Below are positions 7,244-7,889 of a stretch of DNA of 7,889 nt, piece by piece. The stretch is from assembly GCA_016748015.1 (NCBI GenBank), contig JAAOMT010000640.1, positions 1 through 7,889 on the forward strand. Reading direction: 5' to 3'. The notes under the pieces were generated by a model that was not told where the DNA came from, searched no databases, and saw only the letters and a program-made list of their open reading frames with translations. This DNA comes from Geosiphon pyriformis uo1. Lineage: Eukaryota > Fungi > Glomeromycota. The translations under genes and the position numbers were made by a program. Within the stretch, counting starts at the first letter, position 1. Every line of letters starts with the position of its first letter.

Positions 7244-7889
7244 GTAGTGGGGTTGTTTTTGGGACCCTTTTGTGTATGGGTATGTTGGGAGACTTGGTTT
7301 GGAATAGGGACCCATGGAGCCATAAGCCCCCAATTCCTTATTGATCTCCCTGCTTGCGTATTTGTTGGGTTGTGTTGGGAGTCAGATTGTAGACAGCCAG
7401 TCTTTAGATCCCCTAGATATGGTTATGACCAAATGGTACCCAATGGCGCTGGCTGGTCTATTTGGGTCTCGTACCCAACAGTAGGGGACTCAAAAGCACC
7501 CACATCCCATTGGAGCCAAAATCAAATGGGGATTTGACGGGTTGGTAGATTTGGATGACCAGTAGATAGATAACTGTGGTCTTATACAGGTACAAATGGT
7601 ATTTGTATTTGCTTTTTGGATACTTTACTCAAAATGCCTGAGGGTAACAGTTCCTCACATTTGGAACACACATACATTCCTCTTTTAGGGTTCCTCACTA
7701 TACAAGACCAATCCGACCTCAATTACCCCTGCCCCTTTGGAGACAAGTACATACTATCACTTACCCCTATGGGAGGGATCGGATCTATGGCAACACTTTT
7801 CCTTTTATAGAGACGTGGGGATCCTTTTTATTGGGTTGGCAGGTCCCTCGGCTTTAACCCAAACCCCCCCCCCCCACCCCCCCCCCCCC
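7209..7889 (+). CDS. Candidate protein of at least 227 codons running off the window end (TAR read as sense)
   Basis: Frame TGA-free from 7107 to the end; segments such as TQQQGTQKH and DLDDQQIDN have TAG beside CAR codons. Confidence 0.25.
7801..7889. promoter_or_regulatory. GC-rich putative control/origin region A (continues into 1-93 if circular)
   Basis: Shares TTGGCAGG, GGTCCCTCGG, CCCGTGGG and the 22-mer with region B in the same order; minus-strand TATAAAAG at 7802-7809. Confidence 0.5.
7856..7889 (+). repeat. Right copy of imperfect terminal direct repeat; probable circular junction
   Basis: Direct match to 1-31 apart from run lengths. Confidence 0.85.

Noticed and set aside
1-7889. 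Papillomavirus or caulimovirus, suggested by size and circularity
   Set aside because: No long standard-code ORFs and no E1, L1 or RT motifs recognised on either strand.

Overview
This 7.9-kb sequence has no recognisable gene in the standard code: the longest ORF supplied is 146 aa, and I could identify no Rep, capsid, RT, RdRp, transposase, rRNA or tRNA. Both ends carry the same imperfect AACCC-A(2-3)-C12-A-C(11-13) tract in direct orientation, suggesting a ~7.86-kb circle opened at a poly-C tract. Two related GC-rich, hairpin-forming putative control regions (7801-7889/1-93 and 5527-5770) share several blocks, including an exact 22-nt element with a GGCC-GGA-GGCC hairpin. The + strand is G/T-rich, yet every long homopolymer I found is poly-C. 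If TAA/TAG are read as sense (e.g. translation table 6), co-oriented + strand ORFs of about 120-340 codons tile much of the molecule. Their lengths alone are about what chance predicts with TGA as the only stop, so this is a hypothesis with modest codon-phase support. Best working model: an unclassified circular, probably eukaryote-associated element (virus, plasmid or organellar minichromosome). Identity and coding strand are unresolved.
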